Translations under genes and position numbers: made by a program
NCBI GenBank assembly: GCA_965202625.1
Contig: CBDBBI010000010.1
Location: forward strand, 1,216,001-1,280,000
From: a bacterium
GTDB taxonomy: Bacteria > UBA8248
DNA length: 64,000 nt
Reading direction: 5' to 3'
The notes under the pieces: generated by a model
The model's database searches: none
Seen by the model: the letters and a program-made list of their open reading frames with translations, nothing else
Told to the model about the DNA's origin: nothing
Shown: positions 63,710 to 64,000 of the stretch, one piece after another
How positions within the stretch are numbered: position 1 is the first letter of the stretch
Layout: each line of letters begins with the position of its first letter

Positions 63710-64000
63710 TCATGGTTCTAGGACAGATGAGGAGGCGGGCACTCTCTCGGGCGAACATCCAAGGGCGTCTCGATAGGCGCGCCTCGTTTCGGCGGCGAGT
63801 TCCTCCCACCGAAAAAGGCGCGCGCGCTCCTTCGCCTTTCTACCGAGAACGTCTCTGAGTCCCCGCTCCTTGAGCACACGCAGCATCGCTTCCCGTAGAG
63901 CAGCCTTATCACCTCGGGGGACGATCAAGCCGGCGTCCCGGACCATCTCGGGCAAAGCGCCGGCGTCCGATACGATCGGCGGCGTGCCGCATGCCATGGC
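63710..64000 (-). CDS. Glycosyltransferase family 4, C-terminal part (5' end outside the window)
   Basis: AMACGTPPIVSD..ALPE, A..FRWE..A..T...Y. Confidence 0.85.
   Translation of the reverse strand, partial: AMACGTPPIVSDAGALPEMVRDAGLIVPRGDKAALREAMLRVLKERGLRDVLGRKAKERARLFRWEELAAETRRAYRDALGCSPERVPASSSVLEP

Overview
A GC-rich, diderm (Kdo/LPS-making) bacterial chromosome segment. Most of it is minus-strand housekeeping genes: def, recA, cinA, pgpA, dxr, cdsA, uppS, frr, pyrH, tsf, rpsB, argJ, argC, rpsI, rplM, exbBD, lipB, dnaE, guaA, guaB, mutL, kdsA, pyrG and kdsB, with mazG, recD2 and thrC on the plus strand. The gene order resembles deltaproteobacterial/Nitrospinota-type genomes, but taxonomy cannot be fixed from this window. 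Small AT-richer islets interrupt the backbone: (1) a PabI-family restriction-glycosylase/m6A-methyltransferase pair after recA, with the R gene frameshifted; (2) a TylF-like O-methyltransferase between rpsI and argC; (3) an integrase-less ~4-kb island at the guaA 3' end, marked by a decayed displaced copy of the last 18 guaA codons; (4) an orphan PD-(D/E)xK nuclease; (5) a C-protein-controlled MamI-family R-M system whose methyltransferase is fused to a single TRD. The most unusual element lies inside the guaA island. A perfect (GAACTCC)14 tract sits in a short leader ORF whose stop overlaps the start of a metallo-beta-lactamase-fold gene, so repeat number modulo 3 would give coupled, fused or out-of-frame states. 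Several dispensable genes (thpR, a wcaJ-like gene, two envelope genes, the PabI-family R gene) are broken while all long core genes are intact. I found no tRNA, rRNA, CRISPR array, integrase or transposase. All calls are from motif recognition by eye; no database searches were run.
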